Assembly: GCA_963796285.1 (NCBI GenBank)
Contig: CAWCKW010000003.1
Location: 64,001-128,000, forward strand
DNA from: Nitrospirota bacterium
GTDB lineage: Bacteria > Nitrospirota > UBA9217
Reading direction: 5' to 3'
Length of the DNA stretch: 64,000 bases
The notes under the pieces were generated by a model, which was given only the letters and a program-made list of their open reading frames with translations, did no database searches and was not told the origin of the DNA. Made by a program: the position numbers and the translations under genes. Below, in pieces: positions 30,568 through 40,069 of the stretch (position 1 is the stretch's first letter; each line of letters starts with the position of its first letter).

Positions 30568-30597
30568 GGCTGTGCAGCGTTAAAGGAGAAATATTTC

Positions 30598-32598
30598 ATG
30601 GACCAACAGCACAAACCCTCGCCCCTCCAAAGAATAAGAACCGTCATCCTTGGCGGAAAGCACAACATCGAGGATACCACGCTCTTCCATAAGCTCTCGC
30701 TCATCGCTTTCTTCGCCTGGGTCGGACTCGGCGCTGACGGACTTTCATCGTCCTGTTACGGCCCCGAAGAGGCCTTTATCGCCTTTCATGGCCATGTCTA
30801 CCTGAGCGTCTTCGTCGCGCTCATGTCGGGAATAACGGTGTTCATCATCGCCGCAAGTTACTCGCAGATCATCGAGCTCTTCCCGTCAGGCGGCGGTGGT
30901 TATCTCGTTGCGAGCAAACTCCTGTCACCAACGGCAGGGATGGTCTCGGGCTCGGCGCTCCTGATCGATTATGTGCTGACGATTACCATTTCCGTGGCGA
31001 GCGGGGCCGATGCCCTGTTCAGTTTTCTTCCCCCCGCCTTGCTTTCCTACAAGCTCGTGTTCGCGCTTCTCGGCGTATTACTTCTTACCGTTATGAATAT
31101 GCGCGGCGTGAAGGAATCGGTCCTCCCTCTGGTGCCCATCTTCCTCACCTTCGTGGTCACCCACGCGTTCATCATCGGCTACGCCGTGATCATGAATCTG
31201 GGAAATTTGGGAATGGTCGCAGCCTCGACCAGGGCGGACATCATGCAAACGCAGGCGGAACTGGGGATAGGCGGTATGCTCCTGCTCATCCTGCGCGCCT
31301 ATAGCATGGGCGCCGGCACGTACACCGGGATCGAGGCGGTCAGCAACGGTCTGCCCATCCTCCGCGAGCCGAAAGTGAAGACCGGCAAACGCACCATGCG
31401 GTACATGGCTGCCTCCCTGGCCTTCACGGTCATGGGCCTGATGATCGCCTACCTGCTCTATCATGTCGTACCGCAGTCCGGCAAAACACTGAATGCCGTT
31501 CTGTTCGAAACCATGACCAAGGACTGGGGAAAAGGCGGTGTCGTCTTCGTGCTCATAACGCTCCTGTCCGAGGCGGCGCTCCTGCTTATCGCGGCCCAGG
31601 CCGGATTCCTCGATGGACCCCGGGTGCTTTCGAACATGGCCCTGGACCGCTGGTTCCCGACCAAATTCGCCATGCTCTCCGACCGGCTTGTCACACAGAA
31701 GGGCATCCTGCTCATGGGCGGCGCGGCCCTCGTCACCATGGTCCTGACCAACGGCTCGGTGAAGTATCTCGTGGTCCTTTACAGCATCAACGTGTTCATC
31801 ACCTTCTTTCTGTCCCAGTTCGGCATGGTGCGCCACTGGTGGCAGGTCCGCGGCAAAGAGGACCATTGGGAAAAGAAGCTTTTCATCAACGGCCTGGGCA
31901 TGACCTTGACGTTCGGCATCCTGGTGACCGTGACCATGCTCAAGTTCAACGAGGGAGGCTGGATCACCCTGCTCCTTACGGGCTCCCTGGTCGCGATCGC
32001 ACTGCTCACGAAGCGTCATTACCGGAACACCCATCAACTTCTCCACCGCCTCGATGAGCTGGTGACGGTGGCGGAATCTTCATGCCCCGCATTTCCCGGT
32101 GAACAGGGGAGCACGAAAGAACTGAAGATAAAATACGATCCCCAGGACAAGACCGCGATCCTGCTCGTGAACGGGTTCAACGGGCTCGGACTTCACACGC
32201 TTTTCAGCATCATCCGGCTGTTCGGCGGGACCTTTAAAAATTTCGCATTCATCCAGGTCGGCATCGTGGACGCGGGGAACTTCAAGGGAGTGGAAGAGGT
32301 CGCCCGCATGAGGACCGATGTCAAGAAAGAGCTGGACCGCTACGTCCACTATATGCGGTGCCATGGATATTATGCCGCGGCATATTCATCGTTCGGCACT
32401 GACGTGGTTGACGAGATTGCCAAGGTAACTCCGGAGATCCTTGAAAGGTTCCCGAACGCGATCCTGTTCGGCGGACAGCTCGTATTTCCGAAGACCACAT
32501 TTATATCCGGCATGTTTCATAACTATACGATCTTCGCTGTTCAGCGCCGATTTTACAGCGAGGGCATTCCTGTAGTTATCCTCCCCATCCGCGTCTAA
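30598..32598 (+). CDS. APC-superfamily transporter, KimA/YdaO-like K+ transporter
   Basis: GADGLSSSCYGPEE, FPSGGGGY, LIDYVLTITISVASG, YTGIEAVSNG, LYSINVF, and a cytoplasmic C-terminal domain. Confidence 0.82.
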   Translation: MDQQHKPSPLQRIRTVILGGKHNIEDTTLFHKLSLIAFFAWVGLGADGLSSSCYGPEEAFIAFHGHVYLSVFVALMSGITVFIIAASYSQIIELFPSGGGGYLVASKLLSPTAGMVSGSALLIDYVLTITISVASGADALFSFLPPALLSYKLVFALLGVLLLTVMNMRGVKESVLPLVPIFLTFVVTHAFIIGYAVIMNLGNLGMVAASTRADIMQTQAELGIGGMLLLILRAYSMGAGTYTGIEAVSNGLPILREPKVKTGKRTMRYMAASLAFTVMGLMIAYLLYHVVPQSGKTLNAVLFETMTKDWGKGGVVFVLITLLSEAALLLIAAQAGFLDGPRVLSNMALDRWFPTKFAMLSDRLVTQKGILLMGGAALVTMVLTNGSVKYLVVLYSINVFITFFLSQFGMVRHWWQVRGKEDHWEKKLFINGLGMTLTFGILVTVTMLKFNEGGWITLLLTGSLVAIALLTKRHYRNTHQLLHRLDELVTVAESSCPAFPGEQGSTKELKIKYDPQDKTAILLVNGFNGLGLHTLFSIIRLFGGTFKNFAFIQVGIVDAGNFKGVEEVARMRTDVKKELDRYVHYMRCHGYYAAAYSSFGTDVVDEIAKVTPEILERFPNAILFGGQLVFPKTTFISGMFHNYTIFAVQRRFYSEGIPVVILPIRV

Positions 32599-32736
32599 CC
32601 GATGTCCACGCGGACAGGCCATGCAATATGAGCGTCCCGCTGATCGCTCTTTCGCGCCTTTTTCTGATTGATTCTCTCCTGCTGGTTAGGTTACAATTTG
32701 AGTACGATGTTTCATCTCAGGTTTGAAGAAGAATCA

Positions 32737-33438
32737 ATGAAGATAAAACCGTTCCTCTTCGGGATACTTGTTTTCATCCTGTTCACCGGCTCTCAGGCAT
32801 CGGTTCTTGCAGCTGCGAAGGAAGACCTCATCATCGAGCACGGCAAACGAGACTCGCAGATGATCGCCCTCACGTTCGATGCCTGCCCTACGACCCTTCC
32901 GGATGAATATGACGAAAAGGTCATCGAGATCCTGCTTCGAGAAAAAACACCGGCCACGCTCTTTCTGAGCGGCCGGTGGGTGGAGAAGAACCAGGAAAAG
33001 GTGAAGTTCCTCGCAAGCCAGCCGCAGTTCGAGATCGCGAACCATACCTTCTGGCATCCCCATTTGCTTGAAAAGGACGATGGACGGATTTTGCGTGAGT
33101 TGAAGCGGACGCAGGCAATCATCAAAAAGCTGACCGGCAATACACCGCGTTATTTCCGTCCGCCCTACGGCGAGGTTGATGAGCGGGTAGCCGCTATTGC
33201 AACAACAGCCGGGCTCACGACCATCCAGTTTGATATCGCATCAGGTGATCCGGACGGGAACCTCTCGCCGCAGAGGATCGTGCGCAGTGTGCTCCGGGAA
33301 GCCAAAGGCGGAAGCATCATCGTATTTCATATGAACCGGAGAGGCGTTCACACCGCGGAGATTCTGCCCGACGTCATCGCCGGTCTGCGGAGGAAAGGGT
33401 TTACGCTCGTGACCGTTGCCGAACTGTTGAAAAAGTGA
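32737..33438 (+). CDS. Polysaccharide deacetylase (NodB/CE4), exported
   Basis: ALTFDA, ANHTFWHP, FRPPYG, IIVFH. Confidence 0.9.
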   Translation: MKIKPFLFGILVFILFTGSQASVLAAAKEDLIIEHGKRDSQMIALTFDACPTTLPDEYDEKVIEILLREKTPATLFLSGRWVEKNQEKVKFLASQPQFEIANHTFWHPHLLEKDDGRILRELKRTQAIIKKLTGNTPRYFRPPYGEVDERVAAIATTAGLTTIQFDIASGDPDGNLSPQRIVRSVLREAKGGSIIVFHMNRRGVHTAEILPDVIAGLRRKGFTLVTVAELLKK

Positions 33439-33500
33439 CTTTAAAAGGACTACATATTGCATTCATTCTCATTTTGATGTGATCGCATCATATCTCTGTT

Positions 33501-33643
33501 TGCCGCCGAGACGCGGAGGCGCAGAGAAAATCGGTATTATTTTTAATAGGTATATCTCCACGTCTCTGTTTATGGCCGCTCTTTCGTAGCCTGCTGTTGC
33601 CATATCGCGGCCACAGGCAAGAGCAGGCTGCGTCTCTGCGGCA
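33501..33643. repeat. Inverted-repeat element GCCGCCGAGACGCGGAG ... CTGCGTCTCTGCGGC
   Basis: Imperfect terminal inverted repeats with internal ACGCAGAG-like units. Confidence 0.6.
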
Positions 33644-33717
33644 TTCTTGCTTTTTATCTTCCGTGACCCCGTCAAAAAGCCCTCGCATTTCCTTTTCTAT
33701 CGGTTATAATATTTCCC

Positions 33718-34719
33718 ATGCAGATCCGGGATATCCTCAAGAACAACCCCCTCGTGCTCGCCCCCATGGCCGGCATTACCGACTTCCCGTTCCGCAGGAT
33801 CTGCAAGGAGCTCGGCGCGGGACTCGTGTTCTCGGAGATGGTGAGCGTCGAAGCGCTGATCCGGGAGCATAAACGCACCCACGGCATGCTCCGCACGGAT
33901 TCGGCCGAGCGTCCCGTCGTGTTCCAGATCTTCGGGTCAAAACCCGCGTCCATGGCAGAGGCAGCTCATATCGTGTCGCAGGGCGACGTGGACTTCATTG
34001 ACATCAACATGGGTTGCCCGGTGCCGAAGATCCTGAAGTCCGGCGCCGGCGCGGCGCTCCTGCGCGACCTCGGACTTGCCAAGGAGATCATGTCCGCTGT
34101 CGTGGGGGCTTCAAAAGTACCGGTCCTGGTCAAGATCCGGCTCGGGTGGGATGCAAAGAGCATCGTCGCCGTGGACCTGGCGCAGGCCGCCGAAGCAGCG
34201 GGAATCGCCGCCGTGACGGTGCATGCGAGGACCAAAGCGCAGGGCTTCTCAGGCCATGCGGACTGGGGTATGATCAGGGTGGTCAAGAAGTCCGCGGGCA
34301 TACCGATCATCGGGAACGGCGATGTGCGTTCCGGACCGGACGCGAAGAGGATGCTGGACGAGACAGGATGCGATGGCGTGATGATCGCCAGGGCGATCCA
34401 GGGCTATCCCTGGATCTTCCGCGAAGCAAAGCAGTATCTCGAAACCGGTCTCGAGCCTGCCCAGCCTTCCCCGGAGGAACGTCAAGCGGTCATGCTCCGC
34501 CATCTGAACGATATGGTAAAACTGCTCGGCGAGTATGCCGGCGTGCGCGAGATGCGCAAGCATCTGTGCTGGTACACGAAAGGCCTGCATGGCGGCGCGG
34601 AGTTCAGAACAACGATCAACCATCTGGTGACCGTAAAAGAGGTGCGGCGGGAGATCGAGGAATACTTTGTCGGCCTGCGAGGAAGCATCGCAACTGTCCA
34701 ACAGGCATCTTGTTGTTAA
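33718..34719 (+). CDS. dusB: tRNA-dihydrouridine synthase B
   Basis: LAPMAGITD, DINMGCPV, VKIRLGW, VHART, NGDV. Confidence 0.93.
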   Translation: MQIRDILKNNPLVLAPMAGITDFPFRRICKELGAGLVFSEMVSVEALIREHKRTHGMLRTDSAERPVVFQIFGSKPASMAEAAHIVSQGDVDFIDINMGCPVPKILKSGAGAALLRDLGLAKEIMSAVVGASKVPVLVKIRLGWDAKSIVAVDLAQAAEAAGIAAVTVHARTKAQGFSGHADWGMIRVVKKSAGIPIIGNGDVRSGPDAKRMLDETGCDGVMIARAIQGYPWIFREAKQYLETGLEPAQPSPEERQAVMLRHLNDMVKLLGEYAGVREMRKHLCWYTKGLHGGAEFRTTINHLVTVKEVRREIEEYFVGLRGSIATVQQASCC

Positions 34720-34756
34720 TTCCGGCTTCGACTCAACACAAGGGAACGATACACGC

Positions 34757-35143
34757 ATGACAATAAATAAGACAGGGCCGGAGAATGACAGGAAGGACCA
34801 GATCATTGCCGAGGCCCGGCGCAACCGGGAACTCCGCGAGCAGACCTATCGGGACCAGGCGCTCAAGCTGTACCCCTCGATCTGTGCGCGGTGTGGTCGA
34901 GAATTTTCAGGGAAAAAACTCCGCGAGCTGACGGTCCATCACAAGGACCACAATCACGACAACAACCCGCCGGACGGCAGCAACTGGGAACTGCTCTGTC
35001 TCTATTGCCACGACAATGAGCACCAGGAGTATCTGGATGAGGAATCGTTCGGGAAAATCGCGCCGGGCGGCAATAAAGAGCCTTCCGCTACGCACAAGCC
35101 CTTCGCTGCGCTCGAGGCATTGCTGAAGAATAAAAACAAATAA
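34757..35143 (+). CDS. yajD: YajD-family HNH nuclease
   Basis: YRDQALKLYP..CARCGREFSGKKLRELTVHHKDHNHDNNPPDGSNWELLCLYCHDNEH. Confidence 0.9.
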   Translation: MTINKTGPENDRKDQIIAEARRNRELREQTYRDQALKLYPSICARCGREFSGKKLRELTVHHKDHNHDNNPPDGSNWELLCLYCHDNEHQEYLDEESFGKIAPGGNKEPSATHKPFAALEALLKNKNK

Positions 35144-35427
35144 GTTCATGGTGAGTTGTACCGATTCTAGCGGCAATATGCCCTGATGCAAACCTGCACA
35201 ACGATATTATGGTGAACATCTGATAGTTATGCTCCGTCGCATGCCGCGACGCATCGTTATTTATGCTTGAGCCCAATGCAAGCTTCTGTTATTATTCATT
35301 CGCTGTATAATGATGCACGCAGACCGGCACTATTCAACCGCAAAGCTTGACGCAGGTCCTTCATGCGTAAAAAGAGGATAATTCCGGACGAACAGGGCAG
35401 TGCCATCCCAGGATATAAGGTGCTTAA

Positions 35428-36306
35428 ATGAAAATTCTCCTCATCGGGAAGACCGGTCAGATCGGAAGCAATATCCTGCGAAACAATATCCATCACCGGA
35501 TCTATGCCCCTGAACGGGCGAGCGTCGATATCTGCTCGCGGGACGCGATCAATAACGTGATCGATGATTACCAGCCCGAGGTAGTCATCAATGCGACCTC
35601 CTTTCACGATGTCCCCCTGTGCGAAGCCGATCCACTTCGCGCTTTTACGGTGAACTGCGTGGCGGTACGGGATCTGGCCGTTGCCTGTGACCGTATCGGT
35701 TCCCTCTTTGTCACCTTCAGCACTGATTATGTGTTTGACGGTGAAAAGCGGGCGGCCTACCAGGAGGACGACAAGCCCGCGCCTCTCCAACTGTACGGTA
35801 TTTCGCGCCTAGCCGGCGAATATGCGGCGTTGTCCGCGGCCTCCGAGAACACCATCATCATCAGGACCTGCGGACTCTACGGTATCTCCGGATCATCGTC
35901 CAATGGCGCTAACTTTGTTGATCAGCGTATTCAGGATGCGAAGACCCATGCATCACTGGCCATGGGAGGCGACCAGGTCGTCTCCCCCACGTATACCCAT
36001 GACCTGAGCACGGCGGTCTTGCAGCTCATTGAACATCCTCAGAGGACACCGGGTGTTTACCATCTCGTGAACGAAGGGAAATGCAGCTGGTATGAGTTCA
36101 CCAAAGCGATCTTCGAGATCATGGGGCTCACGGTCAAGCTGAACCCCATGGACCGCAGCGGGAAAAGCGGCGACATGAAACGGCCGCTCTATACGGCCCT
36201 CACGAACACCAAGGCGCGGGCACTCGGAATCATGCTGCCGCCCTGGCGGGATGCGCTGGAACGGTATTTGGTGAAGAAATATCAGATAAGCGGCAGGCGG
36301 AAATGA
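35428..36306 (+). CDS. rfbD: dTDP-4-dehydrorhamnose reductase (SDR)
   Basis: GKTGQIG, STDYVFDG, YGISR (YxxxK variant), DQVVSPT. Confidence 0.88.
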   Translation: MKILLIGKTGQIGSNILRNNIHHRIYAPERASVDICSRDAINNVIDDYQPEVVINATSFHDVPLCEADPLRAFTVNCVAVRDLAVACDRIGSLFVTFSTDYVFDGEKRAAYQEDDKPAPLQLYGISRLAGEYAALSAASENTIIIRTCGLYGISGSSSNGANFVDQRIQDAKTHASLAMGGDQVVSPTYTHDLSTAVLQLIEHPQRTPGVYHLVNEGKCSWYEFTKAIFEIMGLTVKLNPMDRSGKSGDMKRPLYTALTNTKARALGIMLPPWRDALERYLVKKYQISGRRK

Positions 36307-36420
36307 ATGACTCTCAACTCGTGATGCGTCGTCAACGTTGTCCTTCGTTGCAGAGATCGCGCGTCGGTGCAATGCTCAGATACGTCAGGAAATGAATAAG
36401 CAGGCGGGCATACGTTCATT

Positions 36421-36735
36421 TCACGATGATTCGCTATTGCCTGGGCTATGTTTATCCATTATTTTTTCCAGCATACGGACAATGCCGGTTCCCAGTGTAA
36501 AGAGCGATTCAATGGGAAGGTTCTTTTCGGCCGTATCGTCGAAGAACAGGTGAAGTCTGGATTCAAGATCATCTTCGGGCTTCCAGTAGCAAACCAGGAT
36601 CGGTACTTTGGGAAAGGGATAGAGAACCACGGAGATATCCGATGAGAATTTATTAAAAGACGACTCGCCGCTGAACATGCTGATCAGGTCCTCGAAAAGT
36701 TCTCCATGTGCATCGGCAATCTGCTTCAGCGGTTG
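36421..36735 (-). pseudogene. C-terminal fragment of a DUF3786-family protein, with no 5' part
   Basis: PLKQIADAHGELFEDLISMFSG...LYPFPKVPILVCYWKPEDDLESRLHLFFDDTA begins directly at the uup stop codon. Confidence 0.6.
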
Positions 36736-38632
36736 TTACCCCCTCAATGCCTCCAGTTCATCCCATCGCTGATACGCCTCGGCAAGTTCGCTCTCCAATG
36801 CGTCAAGCCGTGCCTTGGTCGCTGAAACCTTATCGCCGCTGCTGCGATAAAATGCCGGATCAGCCATGACCGCAATGATCTGCTGTTGCTCCGCATCGAG
36901 TTCTTCAATGCGCTTCGGCAGGGTCTCGATCTCTTTTTGTTCCTTAAAACTCAGCTTGCGCGGCCTCTCTTTCTGAGGACCCGGTGCGATCATTTTTTCC
37001 ACAGACTTGGCAGGGACCGCGGCCGTCTCATTCTTCCGCGTGCTCTGGCGCAGCCAGTCGTCATATCCTCCGACATATTCATTCACCCTGCCGTCGCCTT
37101 CGAACACGAGCGTGCTGGTGACGACATCGTTGATGAACGCGCGGTCGTGGCTCACCAGCAGCACGGTGCCGGGATAGTCCATTAAAAGCTCTTCAAGCAG
37201 ATCGAGCGTCTCGATGTCCAGATCGTTCGTAGGCTCATCGAGCACCAGGACGTTCGAGGGCTGGGTAAAGAGCTTCGCGAGCAGGAGCCGGTTCCGCTCG
37301 CCGCCGGACAGGACCTTCACGGGGCTGCGGGCGCGGGCGGGCGCGAACAGAAAATCCTGCAAATAGCCGATGACATGCCGCCGGATGCCGTTGATGGTCA
37401 CGTGGTCGCTGCCGTTCGCGACGTTGTCCTGAACGGTCTTGTCATCATCGAGCTGTGCGCGGTGCTGGTCGAGGTACGCCACTTCGAGGTTCGTGCCGTG
37501 CTTCACCGTGCCCTTTTCGCGGCTTCAGATCCCCCAGCAGGATCTTGAGCAGCGTGGTCTTGCCCGAGCCGTTCGGCCCGATGATGCCGATCTTGTCTCC
37601 CCGAATGATGGTCGTGGACAGGTCGCGGATAACGTCGGTGCCATTGTACCCGTGGCTCACGCCCGTTGCCTCGATCACCAGCTTGCCCGTGCGCTCCGCC
37701 TCCTGCATCTGCATGCGCGCCGCGCCGATCACTTCCCGCCGCTCGCTCCTGGTCTTTCGCAGCGCCTTGAGCTCCCGCACGCGGCCTTCGTTCCTTGTCC
37801 TGCGCGCCTTGACACCCTGGCGGATCCATACCTCTTCAGCGGCAAGCTTTTTGTCGAACTTCGCGTTCTCCACGGCCTCGGAATCGAGGGCCGCCTGTTT
37901 CAGTTCCAGATAGGCCTGGTAATTGCCGGGCCAGCTCGTGAGCCTGCCGCGGTCAAGATCAACGATGCGCGTCGCGAGCTTCTGGAGCAGCATGCGGTCG
38001 TGGGTCACGAAGAGCAGGGTCCCGCCGAAGGTGAGCAGAAATTCCTCGAGCCAGGCAATGGCATCGATGTCCAGGTGGTTCGTGGGCTCGTCCAGCAGCA
38101 GAAGGTCCGGAGCGCCCGCCAATGCCCTGGCCAGCAGAACGCGCCGCTTGAGCCCGCCCGAGAGCTCCGAGAACTCGGCGTCCTCGGGAAGCTTGAGCCG
38201 CGTCAGGATCTCATCGACGCGCTGCTGCATCTGCCATCCGCCGGCTGACTCGAACTTGTGCTGCACATCCTCGAGCTCAGCCATGAGCTTCTCACTGTGG
38301 TCGTGGGCCAGCCTGGCGCTCACATGATGATATGCCGCAAGCAGCTTCCCCTGCTCGCCGAACGCGCTCGAAACAACATCGAACACGCTGCCGAAAAGCG
38401 CCTGCGGGACCTCCTGCGTCAGGAGCGTGATCTTCACCCCCTGTTGAAACACGATCTTGCCCCCGTCGGGCTGGATCTCGCCCGTGATGAGCTTCATGAT
38501 CGTGGACTTGCCCGTGCCGTTCCGTCCGACCAGACAGACCCGCTCCCCGCGGTCGATCGAGAGATCGACCCCTTCGAGCAGCAGCGGCCCGCCGAAACTG
38601 ACCTTGACGTCCTGTAAACTGACCAATGCCAT
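36736..38632 (-). CDS. uup: ABC-F ATPase Uup, frameshift near 37510
   Basis: Two ABC cassettes (GRNGTGKST, GPNGSGKTT), QGVKARRTRNEGRVR linker, C-terminal RKLSFKEQKE. Confidence 0.93.
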
Positions 38633-38852
38633 ACCATACCCCGTTCTTTATCATTGTGTTGCGCCCGCACAATGTACTCCCGGGCGTGTTGAATTGCAAC
38701 CGAAAACAGGGCTCTCTTTGGCACGTTCCGCCGTGGGTAATAACAGGAGCGAGGTGATAAGAAGTTTGCTAAAGACGGACGTTGTGATAATATAGTTGAG
38801 AAGAACGACGCGCCATAATTAGCCATATCAATCAACAGAAGGTGAGTTTGTC

Positions 38853-39053
38853 ATGAAGGAGCAGCAGATCATAGACGGTCTCAAGCCAATATGCCTGTGC
38901 AAAGGGATCAAAAAGAGTGTTTACCTCAAGCACATCAAGGCCGGCTTGACGACCGTTGAAGAATTAAAAAAGGCCACTGGCGCCGGTTCCGGTTCATGCA
39001 AGGGGAAGCGATGTACGCCGCGCATTATCGAATTGCTCAAATCAAGGGAATAG
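38853..39053 (+). CDS. BFD-like [2Fe-2S]-binding protein
   Basis: ICLCKGI...TGAGSGSCKGKRC. Confidence 0.85.
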   Translation: MKEQQIIDGLKPICLCKGIKKSVYLKHIKAGLTTVEELKKATGAGSGSCKGKRCTPRIIELLKSRE

Positions 39054-39178
39054 TCCTACGCGCAGAGGACAAAACTCAATCTACGCGCTAAGCACTTTTA
39101 CCCTTTCGTCACCGTTGACAGCATCCAAGATCAGGCATATATTCGTTCAATATGACGATACAAAAGGAGGGGGGTAAA

Positions 39179-39670
39179 ATGCTGAAAACGATCAACACGC
39201 GCCGCAGCGTCAGGAAATTCAAGTCAACCGCTGTCAGCGACAAGGATATTCACGATTTACTTGAAGCTGCCATGAATGCGCCGTCCGCGGTCAATGAACA
39301 GGCATGGCAGTTCGTGGTCATGTCCGGAAAAGTCCTCGATGACTTCCTGGCCATCAATGGGAACACGCCGAAAACCGCCCCTGTTGCTATTCTTGTGTGT
39401 CAGGATCTTGCGGCGGAAAAGGCAACGGGTTATTCCGTGCAGGACTGCGCGGCCGCGACCCAGAACATTCTGCTCGCAGCCCATTCAAAAGCCCTGGGCA
39501 CCGTCTGGACAACCGTTTTTCCAGACAACGTCAAGGCGGTGCAAGCGCTGCTGAACATTCCGGAAAATGTCCGCCCTTTCTCCTGCGTGCCCGTTGGCTA
39601 TAGCGCCGAGGGTGAAAAGAACACAACCAGCAGATTTGATGAGAAGAAAATACATAGGCAATCCTGGTGA
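39179..39670 (+). CDS. Nitroreductase family protein
   Basis: RRSVRKF, APSAVNEQAW, QNILLAAHSKALGTVW. AAGGAGG RBS. Confidence 0.92.
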   Translation: MLKTINTRRSVRKFKSTAVSDKDIHDLLEAAMNAPSAVNEQAWQFVVMSGKVLDDFLAINGNTPKTAPVAILVCQDLAAEKATGYSVQDCAAATQNILLAAHSKALGTVWTTVFPDNVKAVQALLNIPENVRPFSCVPVGYSAEGEKNTTSRFDEKKIHRQSW

Positions 39671-40069
39671 GAAGTCTACCGCCATTTTACTGTGGGTTTC
39701 TTCCTGTATTTGTTGAAGTTTCCATTTTCTGCAACACATAAGGTTACAAGCTGAATTTAGCAGCTTTAGCATGAAAAAGAGCTAGCGTACAGTTTCGATA
39801 AATAACAACAATATAACATTGGTCAGATTGACAAACATTGCGCAGATGCTAGAATTAATATAAAGAGACTGTCGGGGCTGGTTTTATTCACCACGATAGA
39901 GCACAAAATAGCCAAATATTGCGCTCATCTATCCCGCGGCAAAATTTATTATCGGCGCATCTTCAAAAACGCCTTTTTCGGAAAGTTGGAAAAGGCGTTT
40001 TGTTTTACGACATGGGAATCTAACAGGACGGATAATCCAAAACCTCCTGGAGGTATAAGAAGGTATAAC

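Noticed and set aside
30346-30597. c-di-AMP (ydaO) riboswitch before the KimA-like gene
   Set aside because: No recognisable GCUGAA-type conserved core. Only a terminator-like hairpin is seen, reported separately.
34757-35143. HNH nuclease as a defence or homing element
   Set aside because: It matches the conserved chromosomal YajD family, with no partner defence genes or intron context.
38718-38740. TTGGCACG as a sigma-54 promoter for the BFD gene
   Set aside because: No GC at the required -12 position.
39925-40005. c-di-GMP-I (GEMM) riboswitch upstream of the surface lipoprotein
   Set aside because: GGCAAA and a GAAA-containing hairpin are present, but their spacing and the GACGCAAAG/P3 elements do not fit.
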